DNA of 64,000 nt from Octopus vulgaris (GCA_951406725.2 OX597817.1:77500001-77564000), one strand, 5' to 3'; shown: positions 43,398 through 56,679, numbered from the stretch's first letter. Made by a program: numbers and translations. Notes: generated by a model from the letters alone, not told the origin.

Positions 43398-43977
43398 ATG
43401 AAGCATCAACAAAAACACCATTATCCTACTCCATGTATATCAACACTGCCATCAACATCTTCATCGTCAGTCACCGCCACCTCTCCTGCAACCGCCACCG
43501 CCACCGCCGCCTCTATCAAGTAACTTCACAATCATCTTCAATCCCACCGCCTCTATCACTACCACCACTACCAACTGCCGCCGCCGCCACCACCACCATC
43601 AATAACATCATGACAATAGAAACAGCCACGACGACGACCATCACCGTCATCATCAATAAACTTCGTGATGTCGACGACGACGGGCGACGATGACGACGAT
43701 CATCAACACCACCAACACCACCGCTACCATCGCCTCTGCCACCGTCATCACCACCACCATTATCATCATTAACTGACAACGTCGACGACGACGACGGCGA
43801 TCATCACCACCACCGCCGCCGCCGCTACCATCGCTTCTATCACCCTCATCATCGCTACCATCGCTTCTATCATCCTCCCCACCACTACGGCCATGACCGT
43901 CACCATCACTTCTACCACTACCATCATTATCACCATCCACCCATCGTCGAAAGAACAAGCACCACCACCACTACTAT

Positions 43978-44010
<33 letters not shown>

Positions 44011-44170
44011 ACTACTACTACCATAAACAACACTACCACCAGCTGGGATAGCCGCCACCGCCACCGCCGTCAACTTCACCATGCCCATCGACACAGCCGC
44101 TACCACCACCACCATCACCACCACTACCATCACTAACTACTACCACCGCCACCATTCCAGCCGCCACCGC
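43290..44170. repeat. Low-complexity CCA/CAT/CCG/CTA/ACG triplet mosaic
   Basis: Read directly. It includes a duplicated CGCTACCATCGCTTCTATCA. Confidence 0.85.
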
Positions 44171-44189
44171 AAACTGTCCGCTTTTCGCT

Positions 44190-44640
44190 TCACCTATATA
44201 ACAGGTTCGGTTAGTCGAAGCATAGCAGAGAAAGAAAAAAAAACAAAACAAAACGAAACAAAAATTACAACAAAAAAAAAAGAAAAACGTCGACAGATGC
44301 TGGGTTTACGTACACCCGAGTTACTGATGGTGCAAGGGCGAGTAGTGAGTGTGTGGAGGGTAGCGGGCAAAGGAGGGGGGTAAGAGGAATGTAAGGGGGT
44401 CGGGTGAGAATAGAAAAAAGATAAAGAATGATGGTTAGAAGTAAGGGTAGCGTAGGGTAGGATAGGGTACGGCAGAGTTAGGGTCGGGTGGGGAATGACG
44501 AAGCTAAAGAAGAAAGGTACGTCACGTTAAGATATGGGGAGGATTACGAAGTCGAGAGGATGGTTGGCTTACTTTTGGGGCGGGGGAGAGGGGAAAGGGG
44601 GTGAATGTTTGGAAAGAAGGAAGGAATGGTGGGGGAAGTA
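44190..44640. promoter_or_regulatory. G-rich promoter-like island with GC box and G-quadruplex motif
   Basis: GGGGCGGGGGAGAGGGGAAAGGGGG at 44577-44601, TACGTCA at about 44518, TATATAA at about 44194, and elevated CpG. Confidence 0.35.
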
Positions 44641-45096
44641 CCACCCACCTAATTTACCTACCTACCTACCAACCTAGTTACCTACCTACATACCTATTTG
44701 GCTTTCTATCTACCGACCTACGTATATCAGCCCGCCTGCCTAACTGGGTGTCTGTGCGCCTGTTACTAAGAATTACACGTGTGATCGCATTTATATGTAC
44801 ACGAGTATCTGTATACATAGTACGCTTAGAGGCATATACATACATTAAACCGTATGTATACGTATTATAGTATATATTTTTATGTATGTATACAATATTT
44901 TATGTATGTTGGTACACATGTATATATATATATGTACGTATGTATGTATGTATGTATGTATGTATGTATGTATGTATGTATGTATGTATGTATGTATGTA
45001 TCATCTATCTATCTATCACTCTCTTTATATATATATATATACATGTGTATATATACACACATACATACATGCACACACACGTGTGTGTGGGGGGGT

Positions 45097-45134
<38 letters not shown>

Positions 45135-45257
45135 CAAACATTGTATGTATATATATGTATGTATATATATATATATATATATATACATATATACTTACAT
45201 ACATGTAACTATATATATATTTATACACATACATATAAATATATATTTATATATATA

Positions 45258-45376
<119 letters not shown>

Positions 45377-45687
45377 ACACATCCACTCACAAGGCTTTGA
45401 GGCTGTAGTGGAAGACACTTGTCCTATGTTCCACTCAGAAGGATAGAATCCGGAACCTGCGGTTGAAAATTACATTATATTGTAATTGCGCTTTGTCACA
45501 GGAGTACTAATAACCAGTTGTTAGAACTTGGTATACTTTAGCTAATACTTAAGTTCCGGTAGCGAGGATATGTGAATTCACTGATAACGTCTGCTCTGAA
45601 GAGTTCGGAATAGTGGATTAGTAAAATGTGTAATATCAATTAATAAACGAATGACAAAAGAATAGGAGCTACGTAATTAACTTTATT

Positions 45688-45768
45688 ACCTTACAGCTGT
45701 TTCGGTTATGGGAATCCGTGCATACAGAACTGTGTGCCAGTGTATCATGTTATAGATTCATCAGAGCA
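45688..45768 (-). ncRNA. Degenerate hammerhead-ribozyme-like motif (Penelope/retrozyme type)
   Basis: Minus strand reads ct-CTGATGA..(54 nt)..GAAACAGCTGTA-ag, with a palindromic stem III. Stem II pairs poorly. Confidence 0.45.
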
Positions 45769-46451
45769 CGCGTGCGTGATTGGTTATGGTGTTGTACTTA
45801 CGATCCTGATATTGTGGTGTGTGTCTGTTCTTAGACCACGCAATGCGTTGCGTTCCTGTGTAAAATATTTTATTATACGTTGATCAGCGAACACGTCGAT
45901 ATATCTGATGTGCACCGCATTGTGCACTTGTATGGGCATTGTTGAATTGATGGAGGGAGTGAGCTAATGTACAGCAGAAACATTTGATCACTATATATAA
46001 AAAAAAATCACCTGTGCTGGTTTGTTCACCAAGAATTGTGGAGCCCTCGTCTGTCGTCTACGACAGGACAGTTCGCAATGTACTGTGTGTGTGTGAGTGT
46101 GTACGCGTGCGCGAACATGTTGGTGTAAACAAGAAATAAAAAAAACAGTACCCAATACTGAAAGTGAAGCGATATAATTGGAGTTGAAATTTTGCATATA
46201 ATTTACGCCTAGCCGAGTTACCCGTTGCCTCAATGCAGACGATTATGAAAAATGGAACACTGAAAATTTGGAACAAAATGAGCATACAATAAAAATGGTT
46301 GAATGTAATAACTCACAATAACTGGGTAACGTTGAATAACAGAGTCTTATATCTTATAGGATAGTGCCATACGATAATGCGAATATTAGGAGAATGTGAC
46401 TCTGAGAACTAGAAATAAGTACATACATACATACATACATACATACATACA

Positions 46452-46482
<31 letters not shown>

Positions 46483-46573
46483 GTTTATTTTTATGGTCAG
46501 TTATAATAAAGTTTACATTAATCTGATGGGTTACTCTATACATTTGCAGGGAACAGATTTATTATTCAGAAAC

Positions 46574-46685
46574 AAGAATGTTGCTGACAGTGACTTCGAA
46601 GTTCTGGCTGGTTAGTCCATCGTAGGGCTTACCAAACATTGGCTTAGCTGACGGAAATTTCGATATCACTGTCAGCAACATTCTT
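46574..46685. repeat. Inverted repeat with 20-bp perfect arms (about 30 bp with 3 mismatches)
   Basis: AAGAATGTTGCTGACAGTGA and TCACTGTCAGCAACATTCTT. Confidence 0.92.
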
Positions 46686-46743
46686 ATTTAAGAAATATGT
46701 GGCACGTTATATATATATATGTATGTGTGTGTGTGTGTGTGTG

Positions 46744-46867
46744 TAGCCGAAATGGCAAAGATAATCTGAAACTCGACTGAGGATGGAAAACTCCGAATGA
46801 CCCGTCCTGGTTTTTTTTTGTATCGTCTGTCTGGATGTTTTGCGTTCTTGTCCCATTTTTGTATTTT

Positions 46868-46869
<2 letters not shown>
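46744..46869 (+). mobile_element. Family H2 element, hammerhead-like core
   Basis: CTGAGGA (46777) T GGA AAAC TCC GAA TGACCCGTC, between (TG)n and (CA)n. Confidence 0.65.
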
Positions 46870-46929
<60 letters not shown>

Positions 46930-47460
46930 GTGTGTGTGAGTTGGCAAAGTGGTACTCAGGATATTTGTAGGAGTTACATGTTTGACTTGGCTCTGTGCGA
47001 CTTATAGGTTCGAAGGCTCGCAAGGTATGCGAGACTGGCATCTTATTTCTTTTACATCACCCCCACAACCACCATCACACACACACACACACACACATAC
47101 AAGCACGCACACACAAAAACATACGCATGTATATGTGTGACTTGGTGTTTTTGGTGGGTATGGGTGGTTTGGGACAGTGTACATGTATGTGGGTGTGTGA
47201 GTTTACGCAAACATATAAAGCCATAAGTCTTCGCGCACACACGTGTGCGTGTGTGTATGTGTGTGTGTACCTTTCTTTGTTATGGTAGATTTAAAGCAAT
47301 TCGCTCTATAAAGATAATCAAATAAATAAATAAATAAATACATAAATTCCCTAACGATTACGCAGGATGGCATAGATTCTGATGTACTGCAGCGGGGTAG
47401 AATTAGCTAGTTCTTAAGTGTGTATCTATAAAACGCGCACGCGTGTACACACACGCGCGC

Positions 47461-48165
47461 AGGGGCGTGGTTGTATGGTAAGAAACCTGCTTCCCAACTA
47501 CAAGGTTCCGGCTTCAGTCCCACTGCGTGGTACCTTGGGCAGGTGTCTTCTACTATAGCCTCGAACGCACGAAAGCCTTGTGAGTCGATTTGCTAACCGG
47601 AAAATGAAAGAAGCCCGTTGAATATATATATATATATAATTATTATTATTATCTTTATCATTATTATTATTATAGTCGGCGAGCTGGCAGAAACGTTAGC
47701 ACGCCGGGCGAAATGCTTAGCAGTATTTCGTCCGACTTCACGTTCTAAGTTCAAGTTCCGCCGAAGTCGACTTTGCCTTTCATCCTTTCAGGGTCGATAA
47801 ATTAAGTACCATATCGACTGGTCCCCTTCCCCAAAAATTTCGGGCCTTGTGCCTAGTGTAGAAAAGATTATTATTATTATCATTATAATTATTAATCAAA
47901 TTACATATATAGAAATACATGTATATATCTATGCGTGTGTGCCTGTGTGTCTGTATTTTTCGCCCTCCCCCATCACCGCTTGACAACCGGTGTGGTGTGA
48001 TTACGTCCCTGTAACTTAGCAGTTCGGCAAAAGAGTCGATAGAATAAGTGCTGTGCTTACAAAGAATAATTCCTGGGGTCGATTTTCTTCGACAAAAGAC
48101 CTTTCAAAGCGGTGCTCCAGCATGGCTGCAGTCAAATGACTTAAACAAGTAAAAGAATAAAAGAA
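47461..48165 (+). mobile_element. SINE-A with a SINE-B (47677-47870) nested in its linker
   Basis: Order is A 5' half, complete B, A 3' half. Confidence 0.88.
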
Positions 48166-48172
48166 CATATAC

Positions 48173-48203
<31 letters not shown>

Positions 48204-48245
48204 TGTATGTATGTATGTATGTATGTATGTATGTATGTATGTATA

Positions 48246-49099
48246 CAGGGTAACGGTGAATAAACTGTTGTCTAAATTACGCTAAAATGAAAATAACACT
48301 TACATCTCATTTTAAGAGATATATTTACCAAAATTTTATAGAATTATCTTGAAATACTAAAGAGTAAATTTATTCAATAAAATCGCTATAAGCCTCAGCC
48401 ATGGCCTCCAGACAACTTCGGAGTCTCCTGTAACTCTTCTGGGCAGTCTGCGTGTTTAAGCTCGTAAATGCTGCCATAATCCTTGCCTTCAGTTCATCTT
48501 TGGTGTTACAAGGAGTTTTGTTGGTCTCTCGCTCAACTGCGCCCCACACATAATAATCAAAGGAGTTGCAGTCTGGAGAGTTAGGTGGCCAGATGTTTGG
48601 GGTGATGTGGTCGAAGAAACTGTATGACAGCCATGACTGGGTTCTCCTGCTTGTGAGGCATGGTGCAGAATCCTGTTGCCTGACATAGGGTCTTCCAGTA
48701 CCCACCCTCTTGACCCAGGGTAGTACTATCTCCTCCAGGCACTTGATGAGGGCCTCTGTTGAGTGTGGGGCCGTGTGGGGAGATGAATGGAGGCATGACG
48801 TCGCTATCACTAGTGATCACTTCCAAAACCATGATGATTGATTTTTATCATTTTCGGTACATGTCCTCAGATTGCACTGTCTTCAGATTGACACCCAATC
48901 ACTCTGAAATGTTCGTATTGCAGCTTCCGGCGTGAATACCAAGCAGTAAAGCATGTCGTTTCCAACTTTCAGACAGAGTGAATCGTGTCATAGTTCTGTT
49001 TTTCTTACAGTGTAGTTGACAAAATAATTAAAAAAAACAAAAATGTGCATGCGTGAAATTAAAGATATAAAATGGCTACAATTTAACGATCGCACCATG
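48246..49099 (-). mobile_element. Internally deleted Tc1/mariner element, DD37D (maT-type) transposase pseudogene
   Basis: QQDSAPC..WPPNSPDCNSFDYYVWG has 37 residues between the last two catalytic Asp. The N-terminus MTRFTLSESWKRH starts at 48991. Imperfect TIRs CAGGGT../..ACCATG with a TA on the left. Confidence 0.9.
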
Positions 49100-49132
49100 T
49101 GTGTGTGTGTGTGTATCTTACACATTCACACA

Positions 49133-49173
<41 letters not shown>

Positions 49174-49211
49174 GTATATATACACACACACACACACATA
49201 TATATACATAC

Positions 49212-49321
<110 letters not shown>

Positions 49322-49675
49322 CTATATACATACCAATCTTTTATCTTTTACGTGATACTTTCATTAGACTTTGGCCATGCTGGAGACCCGCCTTATATTG
49401 TTTAATCAAACACATGGACACCAATACTTTCTTCCTGAAGTTTGGTACTTATGCTATTTGGTCTCTTTTCGCCGTGCCGTTAGGTTACTGGTATGAAAAG
49501 AAACGTTAATGTCATGACCAGGTTCTCCAAGCGGTTTCCGATCCGAGAACATCGATGTTCACCTGTATCCAGTCATCTTAGGGTTGAAGAATAACTATGA
49601 CTAATGACTTGTGAGGTTACTTTGTTTCGGGTCGACCATAGTCTTGTAGATTTGATAGACAAAACTTAAAGAAGC

Positions 49676-49741
<66 letters not shown>

Positions 49742-50354
49742 AAGTATTTATGTATATATGTGTGGGTGCGTACTTGTGCCTGTGCACGCGCAAGCGCCCT
49801 CTGTCTGTCCAGTAATTATTATTTGACCGTGCCTTGTAAAGATGAAAACCAAATTTGATCTGGACGGGATTTGATCACAGAATGTAAAGGTAATATAATC
49901 GAACACTAAAAAAATAATTTTTTCCCGTCCCTTCGCTCTGCTGGTTTAATCTGTTACACACGTACCATAATTAGCTTCCGGATTCAATCGGGATCAATAT
50001 AATAAAAACCAAGTTATAATCCAGTACCCCAACAGGAAACTAAAAAGTGGCATGTTGTCTACGTCAAATAAATTGCGCTATAAATTTAAGTAATGAAAGT
50101 CATTGAATATAAAGTGAAATTTTCAGTGGATATTGAATATATCTTACAAAGAGAAATTACCTGTCTGTCTTTCTTTCATTCACTTTTTTCTTTCCTTCTA
50201 TGCATCAATCTGTCTCTCAGTCTATCTGCCTGACTATCTGTCTGTCTGTCTGTCTGTCTATATGTATGTATGTATGTATGTATGTATGCATATGCCTGTA
50301 TGTCTGTCTACTCATGTGAATGTGAAAAGTTATTATACACACATATATGTAATT

Positions 50355-50398
<44 letters not shown>

Positions 50399-50486
50399 CG
50401 TATATGAATATGTATTAAAGAAAATATATACTTATACGAGTGTTAAATTTATCAACTTTATCAGTATATATATAATAAACACACAC

Positions 50487-50580
<94 letters not shown>

Positions 50581-50859
50581 ACACATACAAATAAAATCTG
50601 TTGTTCCCAAGTCCGAAAAAGAGCACACCCTCGGTGCGCAGGTCTGAGGTGCCGTGTATATTTGCTAAGAGCAACATTAACCAATGGTAACTCTCTGACA
50701 GGTCATTATAAACGACTAGATTAAATGGCTGTGTGGTGAGAAGGTTCCGGGTTCAGTCGCATTGCATGCCACCTCGGGTAAGTATCTTCTACAATAGCCT
50801 GGGGCCGACCAAAGCTTTTGTGAGTGGATTTGGTAAACGGAAACTGAAAGAAGCCCGTC

Positions 50860-50920
<61 letters not shown>

Positions 50921-51046
50921 TTACTGTTAAGAAAGTCGGGTGAGCGTGCGTACTGTTACTTAATAAATGAAAAAAAGATGCATTTTAAATAAACAACGGT
51001 CGTTGTATATTTATAATGCATCTTCACACACACATACACACACACA

Positions 51047-51340
51047 CTCTTTTACTTGCTCCAGTCATTTGACTGCGGGCATGCTGGAGCACTGCCTTTA
51101 GTGGGACAAATCGACTCAATGACTTATTCTTTGTAAGCCCAGTACTTATTCTGCTGGTCACTTTTGCTTAACCGCTATGTTACGGGAACGTAAACGCACC
51201 AACATCGGTTGCCAAGGGATGGTGGGAAGACAAACACAGACACACAAATACACATTGGGCAAGTGTCTTCTACTATAGCCTCAGGCCGACCAAAGCTCTG
51301 CGAATGGATTTGGTAGACGGAAGCTGAAAGAAACCCGTCG

Positions 51341-51390
<50 letters not shown>

Positions 51391-51590
51391 TGTGCTTGTC
51401 CCCCACCACCATCGCTTGAAAACCGACGGTGGTGTGTTTACGTCCTCGTAACTTAGCAGTTCGGCAAAAAGATCGGGTAGAATAAGTACTAGGCTTACAA
51501 AGAATAAGTCCTCGGGTCGACTTGCCCGACCAAAGGCGGTGCTCCAGCATGGCCGCAGTCGAATGACTGAAACAAATGAATGAATAAAAG
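51047..51590. mobile_element. Two SINE-A copies in inverted orientation
   Basis: A minus-strand 3' half (51047-51254) abuts a plus-strand copy (51256-51590). Confidence 0.85.
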
Positions 51591-51596
51591 AATTAT

Positions 51597-51640
<44 letters not shown>

Positions 51641-51641
<1 letters not shown>

Positions 51642-51856
51642 GTTAATCCAAACATGAAAGCACAAAAAAACACAACAACGCGAGGACGTGGAACAAATAT
51701 AGTATTATTGGACGCTCGGGAAAGAAGGAAAGAAGGAAAGAAGGAGGGTTTAACGTTTCGAGCGGAGCTCTTCGTCGGAAACATAGGAGAAGGAAAGATC
51801 CAGAGAAAGGAAGGCAGAGGGAAAAAAATCGCCAACGGTACACACGCGGTCACATT
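51641..51856 (-). mobile_element. Family H1 element in (TA)n, carrying a minimal hammerhead motif
   Basis: About 215-bp insert with TA repeats on both sides. Homologous to 19296 and 53045. Confidence 0.7.
51748..51782 (-). ncRNA. Minimal type I hammerhead ribozyme candidate
   Basis: GUUU-CCGACGA-A-GAGC(UCC)GCUC-GAAA-CG-UU-AAAC. Stem I is GUUU/AAAC, stem II is GAGC/GCUC, and stem III is a loopless palindromic ACGU. The core is a U4C variant. Confidence 0.6.
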
Positions 51857-52383
51857 ATATTTATATATATAATGGATACTAGTGTGCAAACAGGTACACT
51901 CGAAATGTATGGACACAGCTTTGGTGTACTAAATCCATAATCCATGCACTAAATGTTGGAATGTCCCACCACTACCACCACCACCACCACCACCACCACC
52001 ACCACCACGTGGCCACAGCAGATGCCTAAAGATCAGTGCAGTGTAACTGAACCTGAAACCACGTGGATATGACAAAAGAGTCATATCTGTGCGCTCTGTA
52101 TATGTGTGTATGTGTGTACACACACACACGCACACATACATACATATATGTTTGAATATAATAAATATTTATACATACACCCATTTACATGAGTGTATGT
52201 GTGTGTGTGGGGGGGTGTGGCTGGTGGGTGTGTGTGTATACAAATACAAATACGTACAGGCAATCACCAGCGCGAACACATATTTATTATTCACTTACGT
52301 ATATTTTTTTTATTGCCCTCGTATCTCACGCTAACGCCTAGCAATGACCCTGGTAGTTTTCTATTTTATACTCGAATAAATAC

Positions 52384-52418
<35 letters not shown>

Positions 52419-52528
52419 ATGTATGTATGTATGTATGTATGTATGTATATATGTATGTATGTATGTCTCTATCTTTCTGTCTCTGTGCGTGAGCATCTAT
52501 ATAAATAATACTAACAATAAAGATCACC

Positions 52529-52567
<39 letters not shown>

Positions 52568-53007
52568 ACCCGAACGGAATTTTTAAAAAAAATTCTGTCA
52601 GCTTGCTTTTCTCCTTTCAACACGATGTATAATTATAGTGAAATATTGTATGTGTTTAGACGATATAAAGCCTATTTTTTCAGCATATTGGCATAGAAAT
52701 TTTTTCATTCACCCTTATTTATAAGTGTTTATAATTTTCACCTTAAAAGGTATTTTAATAGGCGGGCCACTGATTTTCAAAAAAAATTTTATCCTTATAT
52801 TATATTATATTATATTATATTATATTATATTATATATATATATATATATATATAAATACAGCCATCTGAATATTAGGGACAGGGCGGTGGTGGGTGTTAC
52901 TGTTGCATTTAGCCCCACTAAATGCAACAGTAACACCCCCACCACCCTGCCCGTCTATATTATATTATATCCCTATATTATATTATATTATATTCCTATT
53001 ATATAAT

Positions 53008-53044
<37 letters not shown>

Positions 53045-53047
<3 letters not shown>

Positions 53048-53126
53048 CGCCCAGGAAAAATGAAAGTGTTTTACGTTTCGAGCCTACGCTCTGCAACAGA
53101 AAGGAATAAAAGAAAATAAACAGGGA

Positions 53127-53127
<1 letters not shown>
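53045..53127 (-). mobile_element. Family H1 fragment with a variant hammerhead motif
   Basis: UUU-CUGUUGC-A-GAGC(GUAG)GCUC-GAAACGUA-AAA. Confidence 0.6.
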
Positions 53128-53158
<31 letters not shown>

Positions 53159-53499
53159 GATAAAAAACTGTTAATACGCTTCCAAATAATTGGTCAGCCC
53201 GAGATTAGGCGATTTTTTAAATACCGGATTAATTCCAAAAGGATGAAAGTAAACCATATATCTTTCATTGGCGGCCAAACTATAACTGAAAAACTTTTAT
53301 TGTGAAATAGAAAACATAAATTGAATTGAGTGTTGTAAAATTATCCATTTATCGTACTTGTTGAAGCAAACCCCTTACCAACATGCATTAAAAAAGCGTT
53401 AACAGCCGCTTCTATTTTAACGGCCAAAGGTCGTTCACAAGTCGTTGGCTCATAAGGTGTTTTTTTTTTTGGTAGTGGGGGAGAAGAGTTCTGTGTATA

Positions 53500-53662
53500 T
53501 ATATTCCATCCTTGCTCCTGGATGGGACGACAGTCCATCGCAGGAATATTCATTTCTCGTCAGTTGAGTGGACTGGAACAAAATGTGAAATGTGTTTTGC
53601 TGACAAAATATAAAATATAGCCCGGTCCAGGAACCTCCTAACCATTAAGCTGCATGCCTCCA
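53500..53662 (-). mobile_element. Degenerate CORE/V-like SINE
   Basis: CTGGATGGGACGACAGTCCATCGCAG and TGAGTGGACTGGA, similar to 9166-9425. Confidence 0.7.
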
Positions 53663-53734
53663 AACAAGTCAAATCCTTTTTCTTTCCACCTTACACACAC
53701 ACACACACACACATTTATATATGCATAGACTTTT

Positions 53735-54098
53735 ATTCTTTTATTTGTTTCAGTCATTTAACCGAGGCCATGCTGGAGCACTGACTTCAATCGAACAGAT
53801 CGATCCCAGGAATTATTCTTTCTAAGCCTAGTACTTATTCTATCGTTCTCTTTTCCGAACGTAAACACACCAACATCGGTTGTCAAGTTATGGTAGGGGT
53901 GCGGTACAAACACAGACACACAAGTACATACACGTATATATATATTCGACGGGCTTCTTTCAGTTTCCGTCAATCAAATCCATTTAGAATGCTTTGGTCG
54001 ACCCAAGGCTATAGTAGAAGACACTTGCCCGAGGTGCCACGTAGTAGAACTGAGCCCGGAACCATGTGGTTGGGAAGCAAGCTTATTACCACAGCCGC
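53735..54098 (-). mobile_element. SINE-A
   Basis: Both halves are present. Confidence 0.85.
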
Positions 54099-54115
54099 TA
54101 TATATCTATATCTAC

Positions 54116-54299
<184 letters not shown>

Positions 54300-55044
54300 G
54301 CTAATCATTTATACATAGACACAAGCACACACACGGACACACATACTTATCTAAAAAATATCTTCCGCACGCTTTTATAAGTATGTATGCGTGCACGCAT
54401 GTATGTATGTATGTGTTTGTGTGTGTGTGTGTGTGTGTGAGTGTGTGTGTGTTTGTGTGTACCCACAGAGCTAATGCGATTCTGCACACTTATTAACTGT
54501 CTATCAATTTATCCCCATAACATTTTCATAGTACTAAGCTTAACAAAAGAAAAAAAACACAAAAAAAAATCTGCCTAAAAAAATTACCGCTCCAGAGATT
54601 AGAACTTAGAATCACCTGATTTCAAAGCCGAAATGTTAACCACCACTGCAATGCCTATTTACTATATTTTGCGAGTATCAAGTTTGTTTTACGCACGTAA
54701 AATGACGGTCTGTGTCTGTGTGTCCGTTTGTATGACGTAAAACATGTAGAAAGTGAAAGTCTGGCAATCTGGCAGGCCTGCAGGCCTAGCAGGCGGGCGG
54801 GCGGGCGGGCGGGAAGGCAGGCTGGCAGACAGGCAGGCAAGCAGGCAGACAGACGGATGAGCGTGCAGGCAAACGGACAGACAGACTGACAAGTAGGCCT
54901 GATCCTAAAATACTCAACAACAGACACGGAAATAGTTATATATGTTAAGTTGTGGTATAAAAATAAGTTGGCCGAATCTTTAAATATACAGAGATTAATG
55001 GGTGTGTGAGTGTGTGTGTGTGTGTATGTGTATACACACAGCTA

Positions 55045-55096
<52 letters not shown>

Positions 55097-55345
55097 ATTT
55101 ATTTATTTATTTATTTACTATACATATCAGCTGAGTTTTCTGCACTTTACATATAAAAACAAAACTGACGTATACAACATGCTTCCCTTTGAAAGTATAT
55201 ATATATATATATACAAGCATGTATGAAATATATCCCAATACTGGTGAACCTCGAAGTGAGTGAAAAGAAAAAAAATGCTAGAAATATTATCGTGTAATAT
55301 ACCAGGTTATAAAAAAAAAACCTCGCATGAGTAAAACACAACACG

Positions 55346-55386
<41 letters not shown>

Positions 55387-55870
55387 GCACGCACACATAC
55401 ACACACACACACGCTCAATAATTAAGGTGGTTAGACGCAATTTAAAACCCAAACGGAAATAATTCACCATCACAGCACCCTTAGTCACTTTTAGTGACGG
55501 TGAATTACACACACACACACTCACACACTCACAGACACACATACTCACACACATACACGTATGTATGTATGTATGTATGTATGTATGTATGTATGTATGT
55601 ATGTATGTATGTATGTATGTATGTATGTATGTCTATAACCAACGATGTGGTTTGGGTTCAGTTCCACTGCATGTCAGCTTAGGGCAAACATCTTCAAGTG
55701 AAGACCCCTTTGAATGCTATTTTACTTTGGTTGGCTATGAGGGCCCACCAGAATAAGTTAGTAATCAAAGGGAACCATTGGCAAAAAAAAAAAAAAGAAA
55801 TGGCTGAGAACCATCTGATCGAACGTATTTAATTCTTAAATTTCCCAGACTAGATAAATCCTAACATATA

Positions 55871-56116
55871 TATTACTTTACTGCCCACAAGGGGCTAAAC
55901 ATAGAGGTGGGACAAACAAGGACAGACAAAGGGATTAAGTCGATTATATCAACCCAAGAGCGTACTTAATTTATCGACTGGTACTTAATTTATTGACCCC
56001 GAAAAGATGAAAGGCAAAGTCGACCTTGGCGGAATTTGAACTCAGGACGCAAAGACAGACGAAATACAGTGAAGCATTTCGCCCGGCGTAATAACGCTTC
56101 TACCAGCTCGCCGCCA
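55871..56116 (-). mobile_element. SINE-B with a 19-bp TSD
   Basis: TSD AGATAAATCCTAACATATA at 55852-55870 and 56117-56135. Confidence 0.92.
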
Positions 56117-56149
56117 AGATAAATCCTAACATATAGAACGTATCAACTC

Positions 56150-56520
56150 ACCGTCAACAATAAGTGCATCGTTACTAAACAGTCTCGAGTTCAATTTCTA
56201 CTGTGGGCCTCCACAAATCCGGTCGTATTGCTTGTACGGATTTCTGTGCTTCTCATTCACCATCCATTTCTATTGCTCATCGTATTCGGCAGGTCCGAGG
56301 GGCTGCAGTTAATGTCGTCACAAATCTGCTTGATATAGATCTTGACTTGACGTCCCCTGCTAGCTCTCCCGTTTGTAGGCTCCCACAAAAGAACTTCACT
56401 AACAATTTCGTTTTTAGCTCTCCAGCAATGCCCTGCGGATCTGGCTCTACGCTCTTTGATGATGTCTGAGATTGGACGAAGTTTCTCATACAATCGCTTG
56501 TTTGTCAAACGATGACATTC
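56150..56520 (-). pseudogene. RTE-clade LINE 3' fragment
   Basis: ISDIIKERRARSAGHCWR..EVLLWEPTNGRASRGR matches the RTE C-terminal RRLR(W/F)xGHxxR..RGRP motif. Confidence 0.85.
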
Positions 56521-56679
56521 AAAACCATTCTTAGTATGCAATTGTAGCCTCCAGAGAAGTTTTGAAAATAAAAAGGCATTTTAATATATTCTTCCCAAGA
56601 ATTAATACGTAAAGATACGTTCTTCTTTGGGTCTGCGCTAGAAACTTTAGAGTAACTGAAGGGATATATCTTGTGGTGT

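Noticed and set aside
48370-48810. Active transposase gene
   Set aside because: It has frameshifts, a stop codon, an internal deletion and decayed TIRs, so it is reported as a dead element.
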